A stretch of DNA of 58,802 nt from an uncultured Clostridia bacterium (GCA_944383035.1 CALWOE010000001.1:1-58802); one strand, 5' to 3'. Positions 19,518 to 29,238 are shown, counted from the first letter of the stretch. The notes: generated by a model not told the origin, from the letters alone. Numbers and translations: made by a program.

Positions 19518-19736
19518 ATTTTATTATATTTAATTGTTTGGTATTAATTTAATATTTCCATTATTTTCCATAAAGTGCTATTTTTTAGGACTTTTATTTT
19601 TTATGGGATTTTTCCTTTATTATTTTTCAACCTTTTCATCTCCTAAATATAACCTAATTATATAAAAGATGTACGGAAAAATCAAGCTTTTTACAACTTA
19701 TGTCAAAATTCTTACATTTTGTAACAAATTTGAAAC

Positions 19737-19765
19737 AAAAAACTATACTAATTAAAGTATAGTTT
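19737..19765 (-). terminator. Terminator of gpr
   Basis: Minus strand AAACTATAC-TTTAATTA-GTATAGTTT followed by TTTTG. It overlaps the stop codon. Confidence 0.7.
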
Positions 19766-20723
19766 ACATTGACATATTAATTCCTGATGATATTATATTT
19801 GCCATATCTTCTATTAAGCTATCAACTTCCTTTGGAGTTACAATATAATTTTGTGTATCTAAAACATTAGCTATCATATCATATCTTGTTTCATTTTCTA
19901 GTTTTTCAAAAATTTCTGCTGTTAAATTATTTTCTTTAGTATTAGAATAATTGGTTATTTCTTCTTTTGTATTTTCAATTAATTTGTCTATTGCTTCATT
20001 TGTAATTGTTGCCATATCCACTACTGTTGGTATTCCTACTGCTATTACATCAACACCTAAATTTTCTTTTTTTAATCCTACTCTTTTATTTCTAACACCA
20101 GCACCTGGCGTTATTCCAGTATTACTAAGTTGAATTGTTTTTCCGATTCTATGTATACTACCAGATGCTAAGCTATCTATTGCAATTATTATATCTGGTT
20201 TTACTACATTTGTTACTGAATTTACTATCTCATATGTTTCTATTCCAGTTGTACCTAAGACACCAGGAGATATTGCACTTACATCGCGTGTATTTTCATC
20301 TATTAAATCTTTCGCAAGATGTAATAAATGTCTTGTAACTTCTATATTTTGTACAACTTTTGGACCTAAAGCATCAGGAGTGACATATATATTACCTAAA
20401 CCTACTACTAATACTTTCTTTTTCTTATCTTTACCTATCATTTCAGTTATTTTTAAAGATAATTTTTTACTTATTTCATTTTTTTCTTCTTCTTCTAATG
20501 TACTAAGTTCTGGTATTTCTATTGTTACATATCGTCCAATATCTTTTAATAAAGCCTCTTTACCATTCTCATTTAACACATCTACAGTAGTTATATTAAT
20601 ATTATCTTCTGTTTTACTATCTACTTTTATACCATCAATTTCACTTAAATTATGTACTTTCTTGTATGTATCAAATCTTTCATCTGCCATATCTGTTCTA
20701 AAATTCAAATATTTTTTATTCAT
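19764..20723 (-). CDS. gpr: Germination protease (spore SASP endopeptidase)
   Basis: Conserved GPR blocks: VVGLGNIYVTPDALGPKV, GVLGTTGIETYEIV, IIAIDSLAS, ISNTGITPGAGVRNKR, VTPKEVDSLIEDMANIIS. Confidence 0.92.
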   Translation of the reverse strand: MNKKYLNFRTDMADERFDTYKKVHNLSEIDGIKVDSKTEDNINITTVDVLNENGKEALLKDIGRYVTIEIPELSTLEEEEKNEISKKLSLKITEMIGKDKKKKVLVVGLGNIYVTPDALGPKVVQNIEVTRHLLHLAKDLIDENTRDVSAISPGVLGTTGIETYEIVNSVTNVVKPDIIIAIDSLASGSIHRIGKTIQLSNTGITPGAGVRNKRVGLKKENLGVDVIAVGIPTVVDMATITNEAIDKLIENTKEEITNYSNTKENNLTAEIFEKLENETRYDMIANVLDTQNYIVTPKEVDSLIEDMANIISSGINMSM

Positions 20724-20800
20724 TACAAAAACACCTCAAAAATATTATGAATTTGTTTTTATTTTTTTATACAAAAAAGGCTCTAATTAAATATTAGAAC

Positions 20801-21709
20801 CTACATATTGCAAATTATTTCTTTTAAACCAATTTCAAAATCCATATCACCATTTTTTGTCTTATAATCATATTCGCCAAATAAATAGATAATATTTTTT
20901 AATTCATTTAATGTATATTTATCCACTGCTAGATTTAATTTTTTAAAAGTATATGGATGCATTTTTATTACTTGCAAAATATTATATACTTTTTTTTCTT
21001 TTAAATATTTTATCATATACATTTGTTTTATTTGTTTGTATAACATTATATATATTTTTACTATTGATTCTTTTTGTTTTAATATTTGATCAAGTTTTAA
21101 TATTGCACTTTGTTTATTTTTATTTACAATATCATCTAAAAGATCAAAAATCTTTGCATTTAAAGTTTTAGAACAAATTTTTTCAATTACATCCTTTGTA
21201 ACAATAGATGATTTACCAAGATAAATAACTAATTTTTGTAACTCATTTACTATGTTTGATTTTTCTTCTCCACAAATACTTTGCATATATTCTGCATCTT
21301 CTTTAGAGATTTTTATATCATATTTTTTTAAAATAGTCATTATATATGAGACTATTTGCTTTTCATCTAAATGTTTAAATTCTGTAATTTGAGCTATTTT
21401 ACTTAATTTTTTATATTCGCTAAGTCTTTTATCAACACTATCTTCGATTATAACAAATGTTACATCATCATCTGCTGATGATATTAAATCTACATTAAAT
21501 TTTAATTTTGTATCTTTTATAATTATTAACTTTTTACTTCCAAAAAAAGTTACTTCATCGCATAAAGTAGAAAGTTCATCTAAATTATCATTTGTTACAT
21601 AAAATAAATTTAAGCCAACTTCTAATTTATCAAATCCTTTTTTAATTTTTTCAACTGCTAAATCCAAATCATATTTTTCTTCACCAAAAAATAAATAAAT
21701 TTTACTCAT
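20801..21709 (-). CDS. holA: DNA polymerase III delta subunit
   Basis: N-terminus IYLFFGEEKYDLDLAVEKIKK and overall length/pattern are typical of HolA. It is somewhat short at 302 aa. Confidence 0.75.
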   Translation of the reverse strand: MSKIYLFFGEEKYDLDLAVEKIKKGFDKLEVGLNLFYVTNDNLDELSTLCDEVTFFGSKKLIIIKDTKLKFNVDLISSADDDVTFVIIEDSVDKRLSEYKKLSKIAQITEFKHLDEKQIVSYIMTILKKYDIKISKEDAEYMQSICGEEKSNIVNELQKLVIYLGKSSIVTKDVIEKICSKTLNAKIFDLLDDIVNKNKQSAILKLDQILKQKESIVKIYIMLYKQIKQMYMIKYLKEKKVYNILQVIKMHPYTFKKLNLAVDKYTLNELKNIIYLFGEYDYKTKNGDMDFEIGLKEIICNM

Positions 21710-21717
21710 TATACCAC

Positions 21718-23034
21718 CTACTTATCTAAAACATTTTCTTTAAAGTCTTTTATATCTGATATAGCTATTTGTGATAACATTGAATATTTTTGTTTTTTAT
21801 CTTTTATTTTTTTATCAAGTGGTTTTAATATTCCAAAATTTGCATTCATTGGTTGAAAATTTTTACTTTCTGTTGATATATATTTACTTAAACTTCCAAG
21901 CATTGTTGTATCTGGAAAAGTTATTTTTTTATTCTTAAGCCTTGCTACTATACTATATGCTACCATCATACCTGATGCTGCAGATTCTACATATCCTTCT
22001 ACTCCTGATATTTGACCTGCAAAATATATATTATTATTACTTTTTAAACAAAAGTTATTATCAAGTAATTTACCACCATTTATATAACTATTTTTATGCA
22101 TTACTCCATATCTTACAAATGATGCATTTTCAAGACCAGGTATCATACTAAATACTCTTTTTTGTTCTCCAAATTTTAAACTTGTTTGAAATCCAACTAA
22201 ATTATATAACGTTTTATTTTCATTTTCAGCTCTTAATTGTACAACGGCATAATTTTTCTCTCCTGTTTTAGGATTATCTAACCCTACTGGTTTTAATGGT
22301 CCAAAAAGTAATGTATTTTCTCCTCTTTTTGCCATTTCTTCAATTGGCATACATCCTTCAAATAGTACTAATTTATCAAAATCGTGCCTTGGAGCACTCT
22401 CAGCATTTACAAGACTTTTATAAAAAGCTAAATACTGTTCTTTATTCATTGGTAAATTTAGATAATCTCCGCCTAAATCTCCATATCTATCCATGCTATA
22501 TGCTATATTCATATCTATACTATCTGCTTCTACTATTGGTGCTGCTGCATCATAAAAATATAATCCTTCATTACCAATTAATTTCATTATATTGTCTAGT
22601 AAATTGCTACTTGTAAGTGGTCCTGTTGCAACAACTGTAATACCATCAAGCTTTGATAGGTCATCTATTTGTTCATATATTATTTCAATATTTTTATCAT
22701 TTTTTATTTCATTTGTTATTATATCAGAAAATTTATCTCTATCAACTGCAAGTGCTTGTCCTGCAGGTATTTTTGACATATATGCAGCTTTTATAAACAA
22801 ACTATCTAAAATTTCCATTTCTTTTTTTAGTAACCCACAAGCATTAGTTAAAAGTTCAGATTTTAAAGAGTTACTACAAACAAGTTCAGCAAAATTATTA
22901 GATTTATGTGCTTCTGATTTATATTTAGGTTTCATTTCATAAAGTCTAACTTTAATATTATTTTTAGATAATATATGTGCGCATTCGCACCCAGCAAGTC
23001 CTGCACCAATTATATTAATTCTTTTATCTTCCAC
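21718..23034 (-). CDS. trmFO: Methylenetetrahydrofolate-tRNA-(uracil54-C5)-methyltransferase
   Basis: FAD motif INIIGAGLAGCECAH, 438 aa, GTG start behind a GGAGG RBS. It has the classical position next to topA. Confidence 0.92.
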   Translation of the reverse strand: MEDKRINIIGAGLAGCECAHILSKNNIKVRLYEMKPKYKSEAHKSNNFAELVCSNSLKSELLTNACGLLKKEMEILDSLFIKAAYMSKIPAGQALAVDRDKFSDIITNEIKNDKNIEIIYEQIDDLSKLDGITVVATGPLTSSNLLDNIMKLIGNEGLYFYDAAAPIVEADSIDMNIAYSMDRYGDLGGDYLNLPMNKEQYLAFYKSLVNAESAPRHDFDKLVLFEGCMPIEEMAKRGENTLLFGPLKPVGLDNPKTGEKNYAVVQLRAENENKTLYNLVGFQTSLKFGEQKRVFSMIPGLENASFVRYGVMHKNSYINGGKLLDNNFCLKSNNNIYFAGQISGVEGYVESAASGMMVAYSIVARLKNKKITFPDTTMLGSLSKYISTESKNFQPMNANFGILKPLDKKIKDKKQKYSMLSQIAISDIKDFKENVLDK

Positions 23035-23198
23035 TTTTATCCTCCATTATTACTCTTTATTTATACAATATTATATATCAAGAAACTTTATTTTACAAGA
23101 AAAGTTTAAAATATTTTATTCGACAAAATTAGTGTAAATATTTTTTTATTTTATGCAAATTTCTACATTTTTTTTACAATTATTGATTTATAATATAG

Positions 23199-23316
23199 AT
23201 GTATTCACAATACATTATCCAAAATTCCTTATATGACTTTTAAATAAATATAATTACCCTTTTATTTGGTAACTATATGTTACCTACACAAGTACAAAAG
23301 TACTTGTGTTTTTTTA
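23199..23316 (+). ncRNA. Candidate small RNA ending in an orphan plus-strand intrinsic terminator
   Basis: Three successive hairpins: ATGTATT-CAC-AATACAT (23199-215), GGTAAC-N5-GTTACC (23268-284), and ACACAAGTAC-AAAA-GTACTTGTGT (23286-309) followed by T7. The U-run exists only on the plus strand, while both flanking genes are on the minus strand. The 5' end and promoter are not defined. Confidence 0.3.
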
Positions 23317-23388
23317 TATAATTTTAAACTATGAACATATATTTATAAATATTAAAATAAATAAAATATATAAACATAAATATAAAAA

Positions 23389-23418
23389 TAAAAAAGATAG
23401 AACAAACTATCTTTTTTA
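23389..23418 (-). terminator. Terminator of topA
   Basis: AAAGATAG-AACAAA-CTATCTTT flanked by A and T runs, immediately after the topA stop codon. Confidence 0.75.
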
Positions 23419-23421
23419 TGA

Positions 23422-25464
23422 TTACTTCTTTTTAGTTTTTGTTTTTGATTTTGTTTTGGATGTAGATGTAGATTTAGTTTTTGTTTTTGTTTTATTTACT
23501 TTATCTTCATCAGATTCATATGTTTCTTTTTTCGGTTTATTCCATGAGATATAATCACATGTTTTTGGACTATTTTCACATACATAAAAAGTTCTTCTTT
23601 TCTTTGTCTTTTTAACAAGAATTTTTCCACCACATTTTGGACATGGAATATCTATACTTTCTACTAGTGGTTTTGCATTTTTACATTCTGGATAACCAGG
23701 ACATGCTAGAAATTTACCAAACCTTCCTTGTTTTATTACCATATTTCTTCCACAGTATTCACATATTACATCACTTACTTGTTCTGGTATATGAACTTTT
23801 TCAATTTTATCTTCTACTTTTGTTAAGTTATCTATAAATGGTGTATAGAATTCTTTTAACATATCAACATATTTTTCTTTATTTTCTGCAACCATATCTA
23901 ATTTATTTTCCATATTTGCAGTAAATTTTACATCAACTATATCTTTAAAATTTTTCTCCATTAATTCAGTTACTATTATTCCAAGTTCTGTAGGAACAAT
24001 ATACTTTTTCTCTTTTTCTACGTAATATCTTTCTTCTAGTGTTGAAATAGTTGGTGCATATGTACTTGGTCTACCAATTCCCTTTTCTTCCATTACTTTA
24101 ACTAAACTTGCTTCTGTATATCTTGCTGGTGGTTCTGTAAATTTTTGTTCTTTTATTAAATCTTCTTTTTTTAGTACATCGCCAACATTTAAATTTGGTA
24201 ATATCTTTAATTCATCTTCATCATTTTTAAGATCATCTTTTCCTTCTATGTATAATCTCATAAATCCATCAAATTTTATTGTACTTCCGCTTAAAGTAAA
24301 TATGTATTTATCTGCTTTAATTTTTATACGTGTTGTATCATAAATTGATGATGACATTTGTGATGCTAGAAATCTATTTAAAATTAAAGTATATAATTTT
24401 ATTTCATCTTTTGAAAGTGAAGAAAAATCAAAACTTAAATTTGTTGGTCTTATAGCCTCATGTGCATCTTGAGCAGTATCTTTAGTTTTAAATACTCTAT
24501 CTTTATAATACTTGCTACCAAATTTATTTAAGATATATTCTTTAGCACTCTTTTTTGCTTCATCTGATAATCTAGTAGAATCTGTTCTCATATATGTTAT
24601 ATGTCCTGCTTCATATAGCCTTTGTGCTATCATCATTGTCTTTTTTACACCAAAACCAAGTTTTCTAGAAGCTTCTTGTTGAAGTGATGATGTAGTAAAC
24701 GGTGGTGTAGGATTTTTCATCCTTTCTGATTTTTTTACATCTAAAACTACAAAATCTTTATCTTTTACTTGATTTATTACATCATCTACTTGTTTTTCTG
24801 TTTTAAGTTCTATTTTTTTTGTTTCATCACCATAAAATTTTGATTCTATTTTGTCCTTTCCATTTGTAAGTTTTGCTGTTAATAACCAATATTCTTCTTT
24901 TTTAAAGTTTTTGATTTCCCTTTCTTTATCTACAACAAGCTTTAAAGTTACTGACTGTACACGACCAGCACTTAATCCTTTTTTTACTTTTTTCCATAAT
25001 AGTGGTGATAATTTATATCCTACTATTCTATCTAAAACACGTCTTGCTTGTTGAGCATCTACCAAATTTTCATCTACTGTTCTTGCTTTTTTTACAGCAT
25101 TTTGAACAGCTGATTTTGTTATTTCATTAAATTCTATTCTACATTTTTCATTCTTATCTATATCAAGTACATTTCTTAAATGCCATGCTATAGCCTCTCC
25201 TTCACGGTCAGGGTCAGTAGCTAAATATATTTTTTCTTTATCTTCAGCTTTTTTCTTTATTTCTTTTACAATATTTGCTTTACCTTTCATTGTTTTATAT
25301 TCTGGTTTAAAATCATTTTCAATATCAACACCTAATTTACTTGCTGGTAAATCTATTATATGACCTTGTGAAGCTATTACATCATATGTACTTCCTAAAT
25401 ATTTTTTTATTGTTTTTGCCTTCGAAGGCGATTCTACAATTACTAATTTCTTAGCCAATTTCAT
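23422..25464 (-). CDS. topA: DNA topoisomerase I
   Basis: KKLVIVESPSKAKTIKKYLG TOPRIM start, C-terminal Zn-ribbon CxxC pairs, and a terminal K/T/S-rich tail. The start is moved to MKLAKKLVIVESP (ATG 25464). Confidence 0.95.
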   Translation of the reverse strand: MKLAKKLVIVESPSKAKTIKKYLGSTYDVIASQGHIIDLPASKLGVDIENDFKPEYKTMKGKANIVKEIKKKAEDKEKIYLATDPDREGEAIAWHLRNVLDIDKNEKCRIEFNEITKSAVQNAVKKARTVDENLVDAQQARRVLDRIVGYKLSPLLWKKVKKGLSAGRVQSVTLKLVVDKEREIKNFKKEEYWLLTAKLTNGKDKIESKFYGDETKKIELKTEKQVDDVINQVKDKDFVVLDVKKSERMKNPTPPFTTSSLQQEASRKLGFGVKKTMMIAQRLYEAGHITYMRTDSTRLSDEAKKSAKEYILNKFGSKYYKDRVFKTKDTAQDAHEAIRPTNLSFDFSSLSKDEIKLYTLILNRFLASQMSSSIYDTTRIKIKADKYIFTLSGSTIKFDGFMRLYIEGKDDLKNDEDELKILPNLNVGDVLKKEDLIKEQKFTEPPARYTEASLVKVMEEKGIGRPSTYAPTISTLEERYYVEKEKKYIVPTELGIIVTELMEKNFKDIVDVKFTANMENKLDMVAENKEKYVDMLKEFYTPFIDNLTKVEDKIEKVHIPEQVSDVICEYCGRNMVIKQGRFGKFLACPGYPECKNAKPLVESIDIPCPKCGGKILVKKTKKRRTFYVCENSPKTCDYISWNKPKKETYESDEDKVNKTKTKTKSTSTSKTKSKTKTKKK

Positions 25465-25513
25465 CAAACCTTTCATTTACAATTTCTGATTATAACACAA
25501 AAAAATTTTCATA

Positions 25514-26677
25514 TCAATCTTTATATATTATATTTAATAAATTTGTTATACATCTAGTTGCACACTTTGCTTCCTCTATAGTATTTCCAGTCGCTCCAAC
25601 CTCTATTAGTAAAGAATATTTATTCAGATCTTGATTATAAAGTGAATTTCTAATAATCATTGGTCTGAACAGTCCTGGATATAATACATCTGCAAGTCTT
25701 TGCAGTTTTAATGCAAGTTTTAAATTATCTAAATAATAATCATTTTTATTTGTATCAGTACCAACACCTACTACAAACATACATTGTGCAACATTTACTC
25801 CATTTATATTTACTTTTGGAGCATATGTTAAGTCTGCAATTGCATCTCTATGTACATCAATACTTATTGCTGCTCCTCCCATAGCTTTTAAAGCATTTTT
25901 AACAGTAATTCTTGATCTTTGATAAGCACTGGTATATGTTCCATAATCATGAGGAGTTGTATCATTTGTTGCATTTATTCCTTTAGAATTTAAATTATCT
26001 CTTAGTTCCTTTGCAATTGATATCATATTAAATAATGCATCTTGTGTTCTCATTGTTCCACTATATGAAAATTGATACTTTTCACTATTTGTATATGTTT
26101 CTGATGTATGTGTATTGTATAGCAAAATTCTATCATTTGTTTTTGTAAAAATAATATTTGCATTTAAAAGACTACTAAAATCTATATTTCTATATGAAGA
26201 ATAATTTAATATTTTCATATTATCTATACTAATTCTTTGTATAGATGATGAATTTTCTGTTACATTAACTGATGGAATATTACTTAATACAGCCTCTACA
26301 GAGTTTTTGTCTGTTATTACAGCATCTAACTTTTCATAATCACTTAAATATTCATTTTGCTTTTGAGTCATATTATCTTTATCATTTTGTGCTACTTCAA
26401 TATTTCTATCATATGTATAATTTTTTTCATTATACAAACTATACATAGAAAATATACTAGATGCGCTTATTTGTATTTTATCTGCTTGTCTAAAATTTGT
26501 CGCAAGTGAAAATACATTTTTCAAAATACTTGTATTATTTCCTAAAAAAATCATTACAAAAACTAAAGTAACTGATAATATTAAATATAACATATTTGAA
26601 AATAAAAAACTAATTAATTTATTTGTTATAGAAATACTATTTTTTTTCTTGCCTAAAAAAATAGCCGTAATTTTCAT
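25514..26677 (-). CDS. spoIIP: Stage II sporulation protein P
   Basis: N-terminal TM. C-terminal SpoIIP amidase-like blocks ISIDVHRDA, CMFVVG, LLIEVGATGNTIEEA. Confidence 0.85.
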   Translation of the reverse strand: MKITAIFLGKKKNSISITNKLISFLFSNMLYLILSVTLVFVMIFLGNNTSILKNVFSLATNFRQADKIQISASSIFSMYSLYNEKNYTYDRNIEVAQNDKDNMTQKQNEYLSDYEKLDAVITDKNSVEAVLSNIPSVNVTENSSSIQRISIDNMKILNYSSYRNIDFSSLLNANIIFTKTNDRILLYNTHTSETYTNSEKYQFSYSGTMRTQDALFNMISIAKELRDNLNSKGINATNDTTPHDYGTYTSAYQRSRITVKNALKAMGGAAISIDVHRDAIADLTYAPKVNINGVNVAQCMFVVGVGTDTNKNDYYLDNLKLALKLQRLADVLYPGLFRPMIIRNSLYNQDLNKYSLLIEVGATGNTIEEAKCATRCITNLLNIIYKD

Positions 26678-26727
26678 AAAACATCACCTTATGTTTTAAT
26701 TTTATTACGGTTATTTATAATATATGA

Positions 26728-27147
26728 CTAATCGAGTAATTCATTCATATCTTGACTATATTTGTCAAGAAGTCTTACAGTTTTTTCTTTTAAATCAATT
26801 ATCTCCTTTTTCATATCTAATAATTTTTCTTTTTCCATTTCTATTAAATGTTCGATTCTTTCTTTTTCTTGAAGTGCTTCATTACGAGAAGTTTCTACAA
26901 TTTTTTTTGCTTGATCTTCAGCAGTTATTAAAGCATTAGCTACTTTTTCTTGTTTTTTAATATAATCAAGTTCATATCTTTCTAATTTTTTCTTTACAAT
27001 TGTAAGTTCATTTTGTAATCTATTTACATCAGAACGTTCTGCTTGTAATCTACTTTCATAATCTGCTTTCATATCTTTTAAATATTCTTCAACTTCTTGT
27101 TTGTTATATCCAAACATTTCGTTATTAAATTTCTTCTCGTTCTCCAT
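26728..27147 (-). CDS. DivIVA-domain coiled-coil protein
   Basis: N-terminal FGYNKQEVEEYL (the DivIVA F-x-x-x-GY-x-x-x-EV-x-x-(F/Y)L motif) followed by coiled coil. 139 aa. Confidence 0.7.
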   Translation of the reverse strand: MENEKKFNNEMFGYNKQEVEEYLKDMKADYESRLQAERSDVNRLQNELTIVKKKLERYELDYIKKQEKVANALITAEDQAKKIVETSRNEALQEKERIEHLIEMEKEKLLDMKKEIIDLKEKTVRLLDKYSQDMNELLD

Positions 27148-27264
27148 TTAAAACTACCTCCATTACTGCACAATATAGTATCATTATATCAAATTTTTTA
27201 TTTTTTTTCAATCTTTTTTTATAAATTACATAAATTTGCAAATAATAATTTTAGGTGATTTTTT

Positions 27265-27723
27265 ATGGATAAAGATATTAATATGACTGATAAAGAATAT
27301 TCAGATTATGTTGATAAAAAAGCAACAAATTCGCCAATGTTAAAACATATAATAATGGCATTTTTAGTAGGTGGTTTTATTTGTGTTATAGGTCAATTAA
27401 TAACAAATACTTTTATGCATTTTGGTGTACCTAAAGATAGTGCTACAACTATAACCACAATTATATTAATATTTATCGGTGCTTTTTTAACATCTATAAA
27501 TGTATATTCAAAAATTGGTAAATTTGCTGGTGCTGGTTCTACAATCCCTATAACTGGTTTTTCGAATTCAGTAGTTGCTCCAGCAATAGAATTTAAAACA
27601 GAAGGATATGTTTTAGGTCTTGGTGCTAATATGTTTAAAATAGCTGGTCCCGTACTTGTTTATGGTATAACTTCTTCTGTAATTATAGGGTTTATATATT
27701 GGTTAATTAAACTTTTTTTATAG
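27265..27723 (+). CDS. spoVAC: Stage V sporulation protein AC
   Basis: 152-aa four-TM protein, first gene of a spoVAC-AD-AE triplet. Conserved ITGFSNSVVAPAIEFKTEGY block. Confidence 0.9.
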   Translation: MDKDINMTDKEYSDYVDKKATNSPMLKHIIMAFLVGGFICVIGQLITNTFMHFGVPKDSATTITTIILIFIGAFLTSINVYSKIGKFAGAGSTIPITGFSNSVVAPAIEFKTEGYVLGLGANMFKIAGPVLVYGITSSVIIGFIYWLIKLFL

Positions 27724-27733
27724 GAGGTAAAAT

Positions 27734-28750
27734 ATGAAAATTGGAAAACAAACTATAAAATTAGAAAACACCCCAAAAATATTAAATACAAGTAGTATGG
27801 TCGGTCCAAAAGAGATGCAAGGTCCACTTTCATCATATTTTGAACTTCACACTGATGATATATTTTTCGGAGAAAAAAGTTTTGAAAAAGCAGAAAGTAA
27901 AATAATGAAAACATGTGTAGACAATTTAATTGCAAAAAATGGATTATCAAAAGAAGATATAGACTACATATTTGCTGGAGATCTTCTAAATCAATGTATC
28001 TCTTCAGCATATTGTATTAGAGATTTAAATATACCATTCTTTGGGCTATATGGTGCCTGCTCTACATTTTGTGAAGGTTTAATGCTTGCTTCACTTTTTG
28101 TAAACGCTGGATATGCACAAAAAGTAATAGCTACAACTTCTTCTCACTTTTGTAGTGCAGAACGACAATTTAGAATGCCACTAGAACATGGAAATCAGTT
28201 AAGTCCTACAGCACAATGCACAGTAACAGCTAGTGGATCTGCCTTAATAGTTCCAAAAGATGTAAATTCTGATTCACCATATATAACTTATGTTACTCCT
28301 GGTAAAATTGTTGATATGGGAATAAAAGATATGACTAATATGGGAGCAGCAATGGCTCCAAGTGCTTATTCTACAATAAAAGCCCATTTACAAGATACAG
28401 GAAGAAGTATTGATTATTATGATGCAATTGTTACAGGTGATTTAGGAATAATTGGTTCTGATATTTTAAAAGATCTATTTAAAGAAGACGGCTTAGATAT
28501 CTCAGAAATTCATAATGATTGTGGTGTTTTAATTTATGATAAAGATTCTCAAGATACACATTGTGGAGGAAGTGGATGTGGATGTATGGCAAGTGTTTTT
28601 AGTGGCTATTTCTATGAACAACTAAAAACAAAAAAATTAAACAAAATTTTAATTGTCGCAACTGGAGCGCTAATGAGTCCTGTATCCTCTCAACAAGGTG
28701 AAAGTATTCCAGGAATTGCTCATGCAGTAGCAATTGAAAATGAGGTGTAA
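27734..28750 (+). CDS. spoVAD: Stage V sporulation protein AD
   Basis: 338 aa, thiolase-like fold pattern (GACSTFCEG). Position in the operon fits. Confidence 0.9.
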   Translation: MKIGKQTIKLENTPKILNTSSMVGPKEMQGPLSSYFELHTDDIFFGEKSFEKAESKIMKTCVDNLIAKNGLSKEDIDYIFAGDLLNQCISSAYCIRDLNIPFFGLYGACSTFCEGLMLASLFVNAGYAQKVIATTSSHFCSAERQFRMPLEHGNQLSPTAQCTVTASGSALIVPKDVNSDSPYITYVTPGKIVDMGIKDMTNMGAAMAPSAYSTIKAHLQDTGRSIDYYDAIVTGDLGIIGSDILKDLFKEDGLDISEIHNDCGVLIYDKDSQDTHCGGSGCGCMASVFSGYFYEQLKTKKLNKILIVATGALMSPVSSQQGESIPGIAHAVAIENEV

Positions 28751-28752
28751 CT

Positions 28753-29118
28753 ATGGATATGATAATAGAACTTTTAAAAGTATTTGTAACTGGTGGTTTA
28801 ATTTGTGTAATTGGTCAAATTTTAATAGATAAAACAAAACTTACACCTGCTAGAATACTTGTAATATTTGTAACTTTAGGTGTTGTATTTACATTTCTTG
28901 GAATATATGCACCAATAGTTGAGTTTGGTAAATCGGGTGCAACAGTACCAATATCTGGATTTGGATATTCCCTTGCAAAAGGTGTTATGCAAGAAGTAGA
29001 TCAAATTGGTTTTTTAGGAATATTTACAGGTGGTGTAAAAGCATGTTCTGCAGGTATATCTGCTGCAATAATATTTGGATTTTTAGCAGCTTTATTTGCA
29101 AAACCAACAATAAAATAG
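28753..29118 (+). CDS. spoVAEb: Stage V sporulation protein AEb
   Basis: 121-aa membrane protein paralogous to SpoVAC (PISGFGYSLAKG). Third gene of the operon. Confidence 0.88.
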   Translation: MDMIIELLKVFVTGGLICVIGQILIDKTKLTPARILVIFVTLGVVFTFLGIYAPIVEFGKSGATVPISGFGYSLAKGVMQEVDQIGFLGIFTGGVKACSAGISAAIIFGFLAALFAKPTIK

Positions 29119-29238
29119 CTATATTATAAAAAAATTTTAAAATTATTTTTATAAAAAAATTAAATTAATTTTTAAAATATATTTTTGTATAATTTTTTAT
29201 ATTTTGCAAATAATATTTATGTACGAGGAGGAATTGTT

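Larger units (their letters stand above)
17978..19616 (+). mobile_element. IS110-family insertion sequence (boundaries approximate)
   Basis: Contains a DEDD-type IS110 recombinase gene and a long structured 5' non-coding end. The octamer CTTTATTA occurs at both proposed junctions (17978-17985 and 19615-19622). No terminal inverted repeats are present, as expected for IS110. Confidence 0.6.

Noticed and set aside
23422-23530. The K/T/S-rich repetitive C-terminal tail of TopA (KTKTKTKSTSTSKTKSKTKTKKK) and its underlying DNA periodicity.
   Set aside because: Basic low-complexity tails are common in TopA of various bacteria. The DNA repeat simply reflects the codons and is not an independent element.
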